A stretch of 34,244 nt of DNA from Actinobacteria bacterium UBA912 (GCA_002293965.1 DBEG01000062.1:1-34244), one strand, 5' to 3'; numbered from the stretch's first letter, positions 1 through 12,113 are shown. Numbers and translations are program-made. Notes: generated from the letters alone by a model not told the origin.

Positions 1-709
1 AGTAATTCGCCATATCGAGCAGAGCCTGGGGGTTATGGGGGTTGGTCTCAAGCACCTGAAGGTCCTCGAGGACGCTTCGCTGTTCCGCATTGAGTAGTTG
101 CAGGAACTCCTCGGGAACACCTGCCTGAGGTTGCGGAGCGATCAGTCGCGACCCGTAGATGGCCAGGAGCAGGACTGCGACGAAGACCGCAAGCGAGATG
201 GCCAGGATGCTGATGGGGATCCGGTACCTTTGCGCGGGACGGAGCAGATACTTCTTTATCGGGGTGTCGTCCGTTCCGTCTCCATACCTGTCGACTTCCA
301 GACCGATGGATTGGGCCTTGAGCAGCATGTTGAGGTCGTTGGTGACCAGCGTGATCCCATCGCATCCTTCTCGGCAGGCCAGGCTTGCGACGGCCAGGAT
401 CCGGTCATCGGTGTTCCTGGGCGAAAGCCCTTCGGGGATGATGGCGTCGGCTGGCAAAGACATCACCCGCAGTGTCCCGCCTTCGGGCAGGACCACGCCT
501 TCCGAGAGTGACCCACCCTCGGAAAGCTCGAAGATGTGACGGCTCACCAGCCGTCCTCTGAATCTCAGGTCAGGGTCCACCCTCGAGGTCTTGAGTTTAT
601 CGAGCTCGCCGAGGACCGGTTCCGGGATCACGATGTTGGATCCGGGGTAGGCGAACAGGGCCTCTGGATCGGCAAGCAAGACGCTCGTATCTAGGACTAT
701 GGTTCTCAT
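1..709 (-). CDS. PIN-domain protein (PhoH-type PIN) followed by a TM helix and a TPR-like region; 3' end runs off the window
   Basis: Missing from the ORF track; translated by hand from ATG at 709. Reads MRTIVLDTSVLLADPEALFAYPGSNIVIPEPVLGELDKLK...NTDDRIL...LVTNDLNMLLKA (PIN acidic motifs), then hydrophobic IPISILAISLAVFVAVLLLAI, then ETNPHNPQALLDMANY (TPR-like). Confidence 0.8.
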   Translation of the reverse strand, partial: MRTIVLDTSVLLADPEALFAYPGSNIVIPEPVLGELDKLKTSRVDPDLRFRGRLVSRHIFELSEGGSLSEGVVLPEGGTLRVMSLPADAIIPEGLSPRNTDDRILAVASLACREGCDGITLVTNDLNMLLKAQSIGLEVDRYGDGTDDTPIKKYLLRPAQRYRIPISILAISLAVFVAVLLLAIYGSRLIAPQPQAGVPEEFLQLLNAEQRSVLEDLQVLETNPHNPQALLDMANY

Positions 710-725
710 GTGCTCTTCCGCCGGT

Positions 726-2714
726 TCACTTCTGGGTACCTGAGATATTATCAGCACGCAGGGTGGGGAGTACTCTTTTTCGGACGAACAGCAGTAAGCC
801 TAGCATCACGAGTACCACACTGCCTACGATGACGAGTCTGTCGATGTAAGAGGCTCGCACGGTGGTCTCGGAATGGGCGAGCCTGATATCCCCCGCCCAA
901 AGCTCGACTCCCAGACGGCCCGAGATCGAGGATTCGAGGTCCACCGGGACCGTGATGAAGTTCTCCTGAGGGCGTATCTGCAGCGTCTTTGGCTCAGCGT
1001 TGGTAAGTAGGCCGTCGCCAAGCGCGGTGATCCTGAGTTCAAGGTCGGCCCCGGACTCATTGGTTATGGAAAGCGGGACCTCGCCACGGCTAGAGGATAG
1101 CGTCAGATCGGTGGGGGCGCTGATGGAGACTGCCTCGAATATCGACTGCGATTCGCGCAGTGCCGAGTTGGCGAAGGCCAGTCCCCGATCCACGGCCGCC
1201 CATCGGCCGTCAGGGCCGGCCCACATGCGCCCCTGTGCCAGCAGGGATGCTGCATCCGCCGAACGGGCAACGGGGTTCTCCAGGCCCGCAACCTCGACCA
1301 GAGCTGCCGCATGGATCCGAGCCTCGGTCACGGTCTGCCAGTAGTCGGCTTTCTCCTCGCTGGCTGGCAGGATCGTCTCGGCAAGGGTGACGGGCAAGGC
1401 ATCTGGGTGCTCAGAAGCCTTATCTGCCGAGATGGACGTCAGCCACCCCGGATCGACGAGGGACAGGATCGCGTCGTGGATCGCCTCGGAGTCCGATTGC
1501 GGGCCTGAGCCCATCTCAATCACGGCTATCAGGGGCATGGTGGCATCTTTCGAGACGGCTCGGGCGAAGATGGCGTCGAGAGCCGAGTCGGCGTCCGCCG
1601 CGCTGAGCGCCTGCGAGACGGCCTCGTCGGAGAGCAGGACTCCTACAGCCCCTGACTTGTAGACCCCGGAGGGCGGAGTGGTCTCCTCGGCGGGTTGGAG
1701 TGTTCCGACGCCCGAGATCATGAACTCGATTCCGGCGTCCGTCAGATACTGCGTCGCTGTCCGCGGCAGGCCTTCCGAGAGGAGGGTGCCGGCGGTCGGG
1801 GTCGCCTCGAGCACGGTGCGATACCCATAGGCTGCTCGTCGAAGATGCTCGCTGAGGTCCTCGAGGCGGCCGGTATCCTGTAGCACACCTGTATCGGGCA
1901 TCGCGTATGGCAGGTGCAGTAGCTCGAGTCTTCCCGTGGCGACAGCGCGCCCGATGGCATCCAGGGCGGATGCATAGGATCGAGCGGTGGGATCATTGGC
2001 GGGCACGGCGACAACGCGATCCTCGCGCAAGACTTCGTATCCTTGTGAGATGGCGTGCCACTCCTCCAGCAGGAATGGCGGGACAGCCAGAGTCATCCTT
2101 AGCCTAGGGTTATCGATCACGAGTTGAGCGATCCGTTGCGCGTCCAGTCGAGCGCGCGAGGTCAGAGCGGGATCGCGCACGAATCTGCCGTACGAGTCGA
2201 AGGATGGCATGCCGTTGATGTTGGCGACGAGAACGACAGGCACCGACTCGCGGCGCGGATCCCAGACGAGGAGCCGATCGGTGATGTTCCACTCACGGAC
2301 TTCGGTCGAATCAGAGCGGACGCGGAGTTCGATGGGGTAGGACCCTGCACCTACCGCGAGGTCGGGCAAGGTGCGCTCAAAGCGGATGTCCACGGTTCCC
2401 GTAGATAAACGACTGAAGACTTCGGTCTTCTGGTAGATCAGTCGTCCTGCATCGGTGCGCATCTGAAGTCTGGCTTCAAGGTAGCTGGTCGGTCGGTCTA
2501 TCGTGACGGTCACCGTGGCCGTGAGCGAGCCATCTGCGGTTGTCGACACAGAGTCCTTCACAAGCCTGACGAGGCCGTCTTCCGTGACCGAGACGGTCGG
2601 ATTCGCCCATGCGCAAGTCGGCAGTGCGCCAGTCAACAGCGCGCTTGCCGCCAATAGGCCGACAAAGAGCAGGTATCGGGCTCTTGCCGGTCGAAAGACC
2701 GGAGAGTAGGTCAT
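726..2714 (-). CDS. Large exported, membrane-anchored protein, DUF6049-like
   Basis: 662-aa ORF with an N-terminal signal peptide, an internal LPYAxPD motif, a C-terminal 'TLSSSRGEVPLSITN' Ig-like segment and a C-terminal TM helix followed by RKR. Family assigned by recalled resemblance. Confidence 0.65.
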   Translation of the reverse strand: MTYSPVFRPARARYLLFVGLLAASALLTGALPTCAWANPTVSVTEDGLVRLVKDSVSTTADGSLTATVTVTIDRPTSYLEARLQMRTDAGRLIYQKTEVFSRLSTGTVDIRFERTLPDLAVGAGSYPIELRVRSDSTEVREWNITDRLLVWDPRRESVPVVLVANINGMPSFDSYGRFVRDPALTSRARLDAQRIAQLVIDNPRLRMTLAVPPFLLEEWHAISQGYEVLREDRVVAVPANDPTARSYASALDAIGRAVATGRLELLHLPYAMPDTGVLQDTGRLEDLSEHLRRAAYGYRTVLEATPTAGTLLSEGLPRTATQYLTDAGIEFMISGVGTLQPAEETTPPSGVYKSGAVGVLLSDEAVSQALSAADADSALDAIFARAVSKDATMPLIAVIEMGSGPQSDSEAIHDAILSLVDPGWLTSISADKASEHPDALPVTLAETILPASEEKADYWQTVTEARIHAAALVEVAGLENPVARSADAASLLAQGRMWAGPDGRWAAVDRGLAFANSALRESQSIFEAVSISAPTDLTLSSSRGEVPLSITNESGADLELRITALGDGLLTNAEPKTLQIRPQENFITVPVDLESSISGRLGVELWAGDIRLAHSETTVRASYIDRLVIVGSVVLVMLGLLLFVRKRVLPTLRADNISGTQK

Positions 2715-2832
2715 CTCATATCTCCTGGAACAGTCATAGGCTTTTGATTTTTAGTGAACAGTGTCAGCGAGTGTCGTACCATAAGTGCATACAGGTGATT
2801 ATCGCACGATGTATCGAAAGGAGCTTGTTCGA

Positions 2833-5202
2833 TTGTCTGAACAGAGCAGTTCCAATCAGTCGTCCCAGATACTACCGCTGATCCCGCTGCGGGATCTGAT
2901 ACTCTTCCCGCACCTCGTGGTGCCGTTGTTCGTTGGCCGCGAGCGCTCGATCAAGGCGCTGGAGGAGGCGATGCGCAACGATCATCAGGTCGCACTCGTT
3001 ACCCAGAGGCACGCAGAGACAGTGGATCCCGACGAGGCGGAGGTCTACTCCATCGGCTGTGTGGCCAACGTGATACAAGAGCTCAAGCTGCCCGATGGAA
3101 CCGCGAAGGCGCTGGTAGAAGGCGGAAAGCGCATCCGCATACTCGAGTGGATCACATCAGAGCCATTCATACAGGTGCGCGTCGAATACATCGACGAGGT
3201 AGTCGAGACCGACGTCGAGACAGAAGCACTCATGCGGGCGCTGATCAACGACTTCGAGAAGGCTGGTGGGCTCGGCAAGCCGATACCTGCCGAGGTCATG
3301 ATGGCCGCTTCGGGTATCGCGGAGCCCGGCAGACTCGCCGACTTCGTCGCCTTCCACTTGAATCTCAAGGTCGCCGAGAAGCAAAGCATCCTGGAGGCCA
3401 TCGACCCGAACACCAGGCTGGAGATAGCAGCTCGCTTTCTGGGTAAGGAGCTTGAGATCCTTGAGCTGGGGAGCCGGATCCAGGATCGCGTCAAGGACCA
3501 GATGACCAAGACCCAGCGTGAGTACTTCTTGCGGGAGCAACTCAAGGCCATCCAGCAGGAACTCGGTCACTACGACGAGATCCAGGCCGAGATGGACGAC
3601 TACCGCACGAGGATCGCCGCTGCAGTCATGCCCGAGGCGGTCGAGGAGAAGGCGCTCAAGGAACTCTCCCGGCTTGAGAAGATGCCTTCGGCGAGTGCAG
3701 AAACAGGCGTGATCCGAACGTATCTCGACTGGCTCATCGGTCTGCCGTGGAACACCGAGTCGGTAGGGGAGCTGGATTTGATCGCAGCTCAGGAGATACT
3801 CGACGAGGATCACTATGGACTCGAGAAGGTCAAAGAACGCGTGTTGGAGTATCTAGCAGTCCACAAGCTCACAGACCGGATGCGCGGTCCGATCCTATGT
3901 TTCGTGGGGCCGCCCGGGGTGGGCAAGACCTCGATCGGGAAGTCGATCGCTCGTTCGCTTGGCCGCGAGTTCATCAGGATGTCGCTTGGCGGAGTCCGCG
4001 ACGAGGCCGAGATCAGAGGCCATCGGCGGACGTATGTCGGCGCACTGCCCGGCAGGATCATCCAGTCGATCAATCAGGCGGGAACGAAGAATCCGGTCTT
4101 CATGATGGACGAGATCGACAAGGTCGGTCTCGATTTCCGAGGCGACCCGACGAGCGCTCTGCTGGAAGTCCTCGATCCCGAGCAGAACTACGCCTTCCAG
4201 GACCACTACCTGGAGACGCCTTTCGATCTATCCAACACCATGTTCATCACGACAGCCAACCTGCTCGATCCGATCCCGTCGGCGCTGCGCGATCGTATGG
4301 AGGTCATCCACTTCCCCGGATATACAGAGGACGAGAAATCCCGGATCGCGCATGACTACCTGATTCCCAAACAACTCTCTGAGCACGGACTGGGCAAGGG
4401 CAAGCTCGAGCTGAGCGAGGATGCGGTGCGTGAGATCGTACGCAGGTACACACGCGAGGCAGGGGTGCGTGGCCTGGAGCGCACGATCGCCATGATCTGT
4501 CGACAGGTCGCGCGCCGGGTCGTCGAAGGCAAGAAGACCAAGACGCGCGTCACGGCCAAGACCCTGCACAAGTACCTCGGCCCACCGAAATTCACCTTCG
4601 GACTCGCCGAGGAGAAGGATCAGATCGGTGTCGCCACAGGACTTGTATGGACCGAGGTCGGCGGTGATGTCATCTTCATCGAGTCGACGAAGATGAAGGG
4701 CAAGGGCGGGCTCATCCTGACGGGCCAGCTTGGGGACGTGATGCGCGAATCGGCACAGGCAGCGCTCTCCTACATCCGGACGCGAGCACCCGAACTGGGC
4801 TTGGAGCCGCATTTTGCAGAAGAGTATGACATGCATATCCATGTTCCGGCAGCGGCGATCCCCAAGGATGGACCCTCGGCGGGCATCACGATGGCGACCT
4901 CGCTCGCGTCATGTTTGATGGGATGTCCGGTGCGCCGCGATATCGCGATGACGGGCGAGATCACATTGCGTGGGCAGGTGCTGCCAGTGGGTGGGATCAA
5001 GGAGAAGCTCTTGGCCGCTCACAGAGCAGGGGTCAAGACGGTGCTCATACCGCACGGCAGTGTACGCGATCTAGACCTGTTGCCTGCGCCGATCAAAGAG
5101 GAGCTCGACATAATCCCAGTCAAGACGATGGACGAGGTTCTGGATCGCGCATTGGTCGCCGAGTGTTTTGGCGGGTCCGGTTCCAAGAAGCGCCGCCGCT
5201 GA
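2833..5202 (+). CDS. lon: ATP-dependent Lon protease (endopeptidase La)
   Basis: LPLIPLRD N-domain, Walker [27 protein letters not shown], catalytic PKDGPSAG and GGIKEK. Start set at TTG 2833 after SD AAGGAG; the track starts at 2785. Confidence 0.97.
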   Translation: MSEQSSSNQSSQILPLIPLRDLILFPHLVVPLFVGRERSIKALEEAMRNDHQVALVTQRHAETVDPDEAEVYSIGCVANVIQELKLPDGTAKALVEGGKRIRILEWITSEPFIQVRVEYIDEVVETDVETEALMRALINDFEKAGGLGKPIPAEVMMAASGIAEPGRLADFVAFHLNLKVAEKQSILEAIDPNTRLEIAARFLGKELEILELGSRIQDRVKDQMTKTQREYFLREQLKAIQQELGHYDEIQAEMDDYRTRIAAAVMPEAVEEKALKELSRLEKMPSASAETGVIRTYLDWLIGLPWNTESVGELDLIAAQEILDEDHYGLEKVKERVLEYLAVHKLTDRMRGPILCFVGPPGVGKTSIGKSIARSLGREFIRMSLGGVRDEAEIRGHRRTYVGALPGRIIQSINQAGTKNPVFMMDEIDKVGLDFRGDPTSALLEVLDPEQNYAFQDHYLETPFDLSNTMFITTANLLDPIPSALRDRMEVIHFPGYTEDEKSRIAHDYLIPKQLSEHGLGKGKLELSEDAVREIVRRYTREAGVRGLERTIAMICRQVARRVVEGKKTKTRVTAKTLHKYLGPPKFTFGLAEEKDQIGVATGLVWTEVGGDVIFIESTKMKGKGGLILTGQLGDVMRESAQAALSYIRTRAPELGLEPHFAEEYDMHIHVPAAAIPKDGPSAGITMATSLASCLMGCPVRRDIAMTGEITLRGQVLPVGGIKEKLLAAHRAGVKTVLIPHGSVRDLDLLPAPIKEELDIIPVKTMDEVLDRALVAECFGGSGSKKRRR

Positions 5203-5216
5203 GAAACCGAGGGTCG

Positions 5217-5744
5217 CTATTCGGCGAAGCTGGCGGCGTTGGCGGGAGGCACGTTCTCGCGCCAGTCGATGCGGTTGTTGTCACGCCAATCGATGATGTG
5301 CCAGATCTCGTGCTCGATGATCCTCTCAAGCGATGCTGTATGCGTGCGACTGATGACGATCCGTCCGCTCTGGAAGTACGCGATCGCCTGGAAACCGCGC
5401 GCATTGCCGTATTCGACGGTTGTGCCGCGAAGGATCGGGTAGCGAGCTTTGAGCGAGGCCAGTATCGCCTGCGCGCGATCCGCCGAGGAGCCGGTCGCAG
5501 CTGTTGCGGCGACGGGAGCGCTCTTTCTTGCCGAGGCGACCGTTCCTGCTTTCGGCCGATCGAGCTTCAGGGGCACCTTCTCGGCGGTTGGTGGAGGGGT
5601 TATTTCGGTGAATCCTGCGGCGAGTCCGGGAGCGGCGGGAGCTGAGGATCGCGCTGTTACAGCGGATGCCGAGCCGACCAACAACAGGGCAGCCGCCACG
5701 AGAGTCGTGGCCTGCAGGATCGTTCTTTTCGAGTCCAGTCGCAC
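5217..5744 (-). CDS. Small secreted protein with HEXXH zinc-metallopeptidase motif
   Basis: SD AAGGAG before GTG, signal peptide, Ala/Pro-rich linker, EHEIWH near the C-terminus. Confidence 0.7.
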   Translation of the reverse strand: MRLDSKRTILQATTLVAAALLLVGSASAVTARSSAPAAPGLAAGFTEITPPPTAEKVPLKLDRPKAGTVASARKSAPVAATAATGSSADRAQAILASLKARYPILRGTTVEYGNARGFQAIAYFQSGRIVISRTHTASLERIIEHEIWHIIDWRDNNRIDWRENVPPANAASFAE

Positions 5745-5872
5745 TTCAACACTCCTTCTCTCCAGCCCAAGAAATCTCGGTTTGTGGGCTGTTTGGGCCG
5801 AATGGCCTTCACTGCATATATCGGAATATCGGCGCGCGACATTAGCCCGATCCCCCGAACGGGCCTAGGGTG

Positions 5873-5878
5873 TAAACT
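5873..5878 (+). promoter_or_regulatory. -10 element (TAAACT) of a probable leaderless sortase transcript
   Basis: TAAACT lies 7 nt before ATG 5886 and no SD is present. Confidence 0.45.
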
Positions 5879-5885
5879 CACTGTC

Positions 5886-6572
5886 ATGAACAGCGATCTC
5901 GAAATCCAGGCAGGATCGGTGACACAGAACCGCGCAAGGGTCCGCGCGCTTGCCCTGGCGGCAAGTAACGTGCTGCTAGGATTCGCTGCGGGATTGCTGC
6001 TCTACTACCTGATCACGGACGTCTTGAACCGCTTCGAGCAACGTCAGCTGCAGGCCGAGTTCCCCGCTAGGGCAGATACCGTGCCAGCTTCCGACCCCTC
6101 GCCCGAGAGCCCCATAGACCTTGCCGGATGGAGCGAGCAGGACCTGCCCTTTTGGACAGAACAAGCCGAAGGGGGTTCTTTCGGGCGCCTGATCATTGAA
6201 CGGATCGGCCTCGACCAGGTGGTGGTCAAAGGCCACTCCCGCGATGTGCTTCGGCGAGGGCCGGGGTGGATGGATTACACTGACCTTCCGGGCGAGACCG
6301 GCAATGTGGGCATCGCGGGACACAGGACGACCTTCGGGGCACCGTTCAGGCGACTGGACGAAGTCCGCATAGGGGACATCCTCGAACTGCAATCGCCGTA
6401 CAGGAGCTATCGATACCGCGTCGCCGAGGTATTCAGAGTCACTCCTGACAGAGTGGAGGTAATGCGCTCTACGGATGAGCCGACGCTCACTCTCTCGGCC
6501 TGTGATCCGCCGTTCAGCGCAGAGTACAGATTGATTGTGCAGGCGCGATTGGTGGAAGTGACGAAGTTCTAG
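5886..6572 (+). CDS. Sortase, class E-like
   Basis: N-terminal TM anchor, GNVGIAGHRTTFGAPF (catalytic His), TLTLSAC (catalytic Cys) and a downstream Arg (YRLIV). Confidence 0.9.
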   Translation: MNSDLEIQAGSVTQNRARVRALALAASNVLLGFAAGLLLYYLITDVLNRFEQRQLQAEFPARADTVPASDPSPESPIDLAGWSEQDLPFWTEQAEGGSFGRLIIERIGLDQVVVKGHSRDVLRRGPGWMDYTDLPGETGNVGIAGHRTTFGAPFRRLDEVRIGDILELQSPYRSYRYRVAEVFRVTPDRVEVMRSTDEPTLTLSACDPPFSAEYRLIVQARLVEVTKF

Positions 6573-6594
6573 GCTACGAAGACAGGAGATGTGG

Positions 6595-7560
6595 ATGCGG
6601 ATATTGGTTACGGGCGGAGCCGGTTTCATCGGGTCGCACCTGGTCGACGCTCTCGTCGAGGAGAACGAAGTCGCAGTTGTGGACGACCTGTCGACCGGAG
6701 ACCGAGCCAACCTGAATCCGGCGGCGCGATTCACAGAGCTAAGTATTCTCGACCCCCAGTTCGAGGCGGTCGTCGTCGACTTCATGCCCGACGCCATCGT
6801 CCATCTTGCAGCCCAGACCAGCGTCGGGGTGTCGATCGAAGACCCAGCCAGAGATTGGCAACTCAACGTCGAGGGTACCCGCCGAGTGGCGGTGGCGGCT
6901 CTCGCTGCAGGTGCAAGGACGGTGTTATCGGCTTCTTCGGCGGCTGTCTATGGCAACCCGACGTCGATGCCGCTGCAAGAGGTCGGCCACAAGCGTCCTA
7001 TGAGCCCTTACGGCAAGTCGAAACTCGCTGCCGAAGAAGTCCTCGCGGGCGAGCTGGCCGATTCGAGCGTGGACTTCGCGAGCCTGCGCTTTGCGAACGT
7101 GTACGGACCCAGGCAGAGCAGCGAGGGCGAAGGCGGAGTGGTGGCCATATTCGCGGCCAGGATCGCAGACGGTAACCCGATCGTGGTGTACGGCGACGGA
7201 CATCAAACGCGGGATTTCATCTACGTCAGGGACGTGGTGGCGGGAATCATGTTCGCCCTTGCATCCCAGCCGGTGCTCAGGGAAGGCGGAGGCGCAGGCT
7301 CGGCTTACAACATCTCAACCGGGACCGAGACGAGCGTGTCCGATCTGATCGAAGTCATGGCGGCTCGTTCGACCGGGTCCGTACATGTACTCCATGAGCC
7401 CCCGCGGCCGGGGGATATCAGGAGCAGCTATCTGGATCCGCGTAAAGCCCGGGACGTGTTCGGCTGGAGCGCGCATTTCCCGCTAGCGGAGGGGATCGCC
7501 GCGACACTGGACTGGTACACCGCGAGACGGAGGCTTCAGGATGGCCGAGCAAACACCTGA
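6595..7560 (+). CDS. NAD-dependent epimerase/dehydratase (UDP-glucose 4-epimerase-like)
   Basis: TGGAGFIG, SSAAVYG, YGKSK (YxxxK), NVYGPRQ, TRDFIYV. SD AGGAG lies 6 nt before ATG 6595. Confidence 0.92.
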   Translation: MRILVTGGAGFIGSHLVDALVEENEVAVVDDLSTGDRANLNPAARFTELSILDPQFEAVVVDFMPDAIVHLAAQTSVGVSIEDPARDWQLNVEGTRRVAVAALAAGARTVLSASSAAVYGNPTSMPLQEVGHKRPMSPYGKSKLAAEEVLAGELADSSVDFASLRFANVYGPRQSSEGEGGVVAIFAARIADGNPIVVYGDGHQTRDFIYVRDVVAGIMFALASQPVLREGGGAGSAYNISTGTETSVSDLIEVMAARSTGSVHVLHEPPRPGDIRSSYLDPRKARDVFGWSAHFPLAEGIAATLDWYTARRRLQDGRANT

Positions 7561-8095
7561 GGCTCCCGACCTGGAGGGAATCTACGCAGCCAAGATACAC
7601 GCTGATTTGATCGAGGCGGAGCAGATACTGGGATTGACCGGAGACGGATGCTTCGTCGGCTCTATGTTTGCGCAGGTCATGCTCGTGAAGGGGATTCCTG
7701 GACCCGCGGAGTCAACGGGCGGGAAGCCGTTCAGTGGAGTCGATGGTGAGGCCGTGCACAAGGCGCTGACTGCACTGGGATTCGATCCAGCCAACAGCTT
7801 CAAGACGTTGGCGCGTCCTTCGGGGAACGCCCATCCGGATGACGCAGTGGCCTCAAGACTGAGGTTGCAGATCGAGGCTGTCGACCCGTTCTGGATCTTC
7901 GCGCTCGATCGAACCGCTGCAACAGATGTCGCGCTGGCACTCGGAATCGATGTGCCGGGCTTCGGCAGACCAGTCCACATCAGGGACCGGGTGGTCCTTG
8001 CCGTCGATGGGTTCGAGGAAGCGCTCGGCGACGAGAGCCGGAAGCGAGTGATCTGGGGTCAGCTTCGAAAAGTGACCGAATCCCAAGCGCTCTAG
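7541..8095 (+). CDS. Hypothetical protein, degenerate uracil-DNA glycosylase family-4-like fold
   Basis: VMLVKGIPGPAESTGGKPFSGVDG parallels family-4 GEAPG..E...G.PFVG..G, and LQIEAVDP is also present. Overlaps the epimerase 3' end. Confidence 0.6.
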   Translation: MAEQTPEAPDLEGIYAAKIHADLIEAEQILGLTGDGCFVGSMFAQVMLVKGIPGPAESTGGKPFSGVDGEAVHKALTALGFDPANSFKTLARPSGNAHPDDAVASRLRLQIEAVDPFWIFALDRTAATDVALALGIDVPGFGRPVHIRDRVVLAVDGFEEALGDESRKRVIWGQLRKVTESQAL

Positions 8096-8280
8096 CCCTC
8101 TTCGATCTCCTCGATGGCACCCATCGGACACTCTTCCATGCAAGCGGAGCAAGCTGTGCAGTCGTCATCGTTGACGGCTACCGCGGTGTCTCCGACTATC
8201 TCAAGGACGCTTTCGGGGCATGCGTCGACGCAGATCCCACAAGCTGAACAGTCATCGGTGTTGATGATCGGACGGGGCAT
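8092..8280 (-). CDS. 2[4Fe-4S] ferredoxin
   Basis: Two CxxCxxCxxxCP motifs in 62 aa; SD AAGGAGG upstream. Confidence 0.95.
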   Translation of the reverse strand: MPRPIINTDDCSACGICVDACPESVLEIVGDTAVAVNDDDCTACSACMEECPMGAIEEIEEG

Positions 8281-8446
8281 AACGCCTCCTTCTCATGCTG
8301 GTAGTTCGGCCTTCATCGGAAGCCACTTTATCGGTGCAGGCCCATGATGTAAAGGTTGAAAACGACATTGTTGTGGGCTTTGTCGTGGGATGCGGATCTG
8401 CGGGAAACGGCGGAGTCGGGCATAGAGTACGTGCACCTGAGAAAAC

Positions 8447-8475
8447 TTGACAATGGGTGAGTGAGATTTTATACT
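8447..8475 (+). promoter_or_regulatory. sigma70/sigmaA promoter of the dnaK operon
   Basis: TTGACA (8447-8452), 17-nt spacer, TATACT (8470-8475). Confidence 0.85.
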
Positions 8476-8543
8476 ACGCTCACATGTGAATGTATCCGCG
8501 CGGTCGCCGCCATGGCGTCTTCGCGCAATGGAAGGAGATAGAA

Positions 8544-10450
<1,907 letters not shown>

Positions 10451-10454
<4 letters not shown>

Positions 10455-11005
10455 CGGCTGCCCGCAAGCGCGCAGAGGTAGACCCGGAGCTTTCCGGAGA
10501 TCTGGGGCCCGAACTCGAGCTTCGGGGAGACCAGCTTTCCGCTGATCTCGCTGAGGCTCGGGACGAGGCCGCCCGCAACCTCGAGGTCGCGCAGCGGACC
10601 CAGGCGGAGTTCGAGAACTATCGCAAGCGGGTCCACCGCGAGCAAGAGGAGCTACTCAAGCGCTCGGGCGAGCGGGTGGTCGTAAGCCTGTTGCCGGCGA
10701 TCGACAATCTCGAAAGAGCGATAGCCCATGCGGCCGAGTCCGGCGAGTCACAGCTGCTCACCGGGGTAGAGATGGTGCTTTCGCAATTGCAAGACGTGAT
10801 GCGGAAGGAAGGCGTCACCTCGATCGATCCGACCGGACAGGTCTTCGACCCGACCGTGCATCAGGCGGTCGGCCAGCGAGAGGATGTCGACGTAGCCGAG
10901 GGAACCGTGCTTGAGGTGTACCAGAAGGGGTACGCGATATCTGAGCGCGTGATCCGTCCGGCCGCAGTCGTCGTGTCTTTCGGAGGTCCGGCTCAGGAAG
11001 GATAG
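10451..11005 (+). CDS. grpE: Nucleotide exchange factor GrpE
   Basis: [43 protein letters not shown]; ATGA overlap with dnaK. Confidence 0.97.
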
Positions 11006-11012
11006 AGAGACG

Positions 11013-12113
11013 ATGGCGGCGGGCAAGAACTACTACGAGACACTCGGCGTCAAGAAGGACGCCACGGCCGAAGAAATCAAGAAGGCCTTTCGCCGCCTGG
11101 CCCGGAAGCACCATCCGGATGCGGGCGGCTCCGAGGAGCGCTTCAAGGAGATCAACGCGGCTTACGAGGTGCTTTCCGACACCGAGAAGCGGGCCCAGTA
11201 CGATCAGTACGGCCAGTACTTCGGCGGGGCGACGCCCCCGGGTGGACCTGCTGGATGGCCGCCGGGCGCCGGAGGAGGCCCCACCGGTGGCTGGAGCACG
11301 GGAGGCGTCGACTTGGGCGACCTCTTCGGCGACTTTTTTGGCGGTGGGAGGCAACAAGCTTCCTCGGCGAGGCGCGGTCGTGATGTCACCTACGAGACGA
11401 AGGTAAGCTTCGAGCAGGCGTTCGCCGGTGCTTCGGTGCGACTCGATGTCCAGCTCACCGAGGAGTGCGAGGTCTGCAAAGGCAGCGGGGCCAAGCCCGG
11501 CACCTCGCCGGTGACTTGCCCGACGTGCTCGGGAACGGGCCACGTCAGCCAAGGCGGCGGCATGTTCGCATTCCAGCGCCCGTGCCCCAGGTGCGGCGGC
11601 GCACGTACGATCATCAAGGACCCGTGTACCGCGTGTAAGGGCAACGGTAGGGTGTCGCGGGTCCGCCCGCTGACCGTCAACGTTCCGCCCGGCGCCGTGG
11701 ACGGCGGGAAGCTGCGCTTCAAGGGGAAGGGACAACCCGGCGAACACGGTGGTCCGCCCGGCGACCTGTATGTCGTGACAAGGGTGAATCCGCATGCCTA
11801 CTACGTCAGGGATGGTGCCGACGTCCAAATGGAAGTGCCAGTCACCATCGCCGAGGCGACACTTGGCGCAGCGGTGACGATCCCGACTCCGGATGGCAAG
11901 CGTGCGAAGCTCAAGATCGGCGCAGGGACCCAGAACGGCAAGGTCTTCCGGATGAAAGGCAAGGGTGCCCCCCGACTCAAGGGCTCCGGCCGAGGCGACC
12001 TCAACGTGAAGGTGAAGGTCTCCATCCCCACGAAGCTCACCGCCGAGGAGCGCAAACTCATGGAGAGCCTGGGCGAACTCGCGGATGGCAGTATCCGCGC
12101 ACACATGACGTGA
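11013..12113 (+). CDS. dnaJ: Co-chaperone DnaJ
   Basis: J-domain with HPD, G/F-rich region, four CxxCxGxG-type repeats (one degenerate) and a C-terminal domain. Confidence 0.96.
   Translation: MAAGKNYYETLGVKKDATAEEIKKAFRRLARKHHPDAGGSEERFKEINAAYEVLSDTEKRAQYDQYGQYFGGATPPGGPAGWPPGAGGGPTGGWSTGGVDLGDLFGDFFGGGRQQASSARRGRDVTYETKVSFEQAFAGASVRLDVQLTEECEVCKGSGAKPGTSPVTCPTCSGTGHVSQGGGMFAFQRPCPRCGGARTIIKDPCTACKGNGRVSRVRPLTVNVPPGAVDGGKLRFKGKGQPGEHGGPPGDLYVVTRVNPHAYYVRDGADVQMEVPVTIAEATLGAAVTIPTPDGKRAKLKIGAGTQNGKVFRMKGKGAPRLKGSGRGDLNVKVKVSIPTKLTAEERKLMESLGELADGSIRAHMT

Noticed and set aside
5745-5870. Possible cyclic-dinucleotide riboswitch upstream of the secreted HEXXH gene
   Set aside because: Only simple hairpins are present; no c-di-GMP or c-di-AMP consensus motifs were recognised.
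8498-8526. GC hairpin in the dnaK 5' UTR as an RNA thermometer
   Set aside because: It ends before the SD (about 8530-8538) and does not sequester it.
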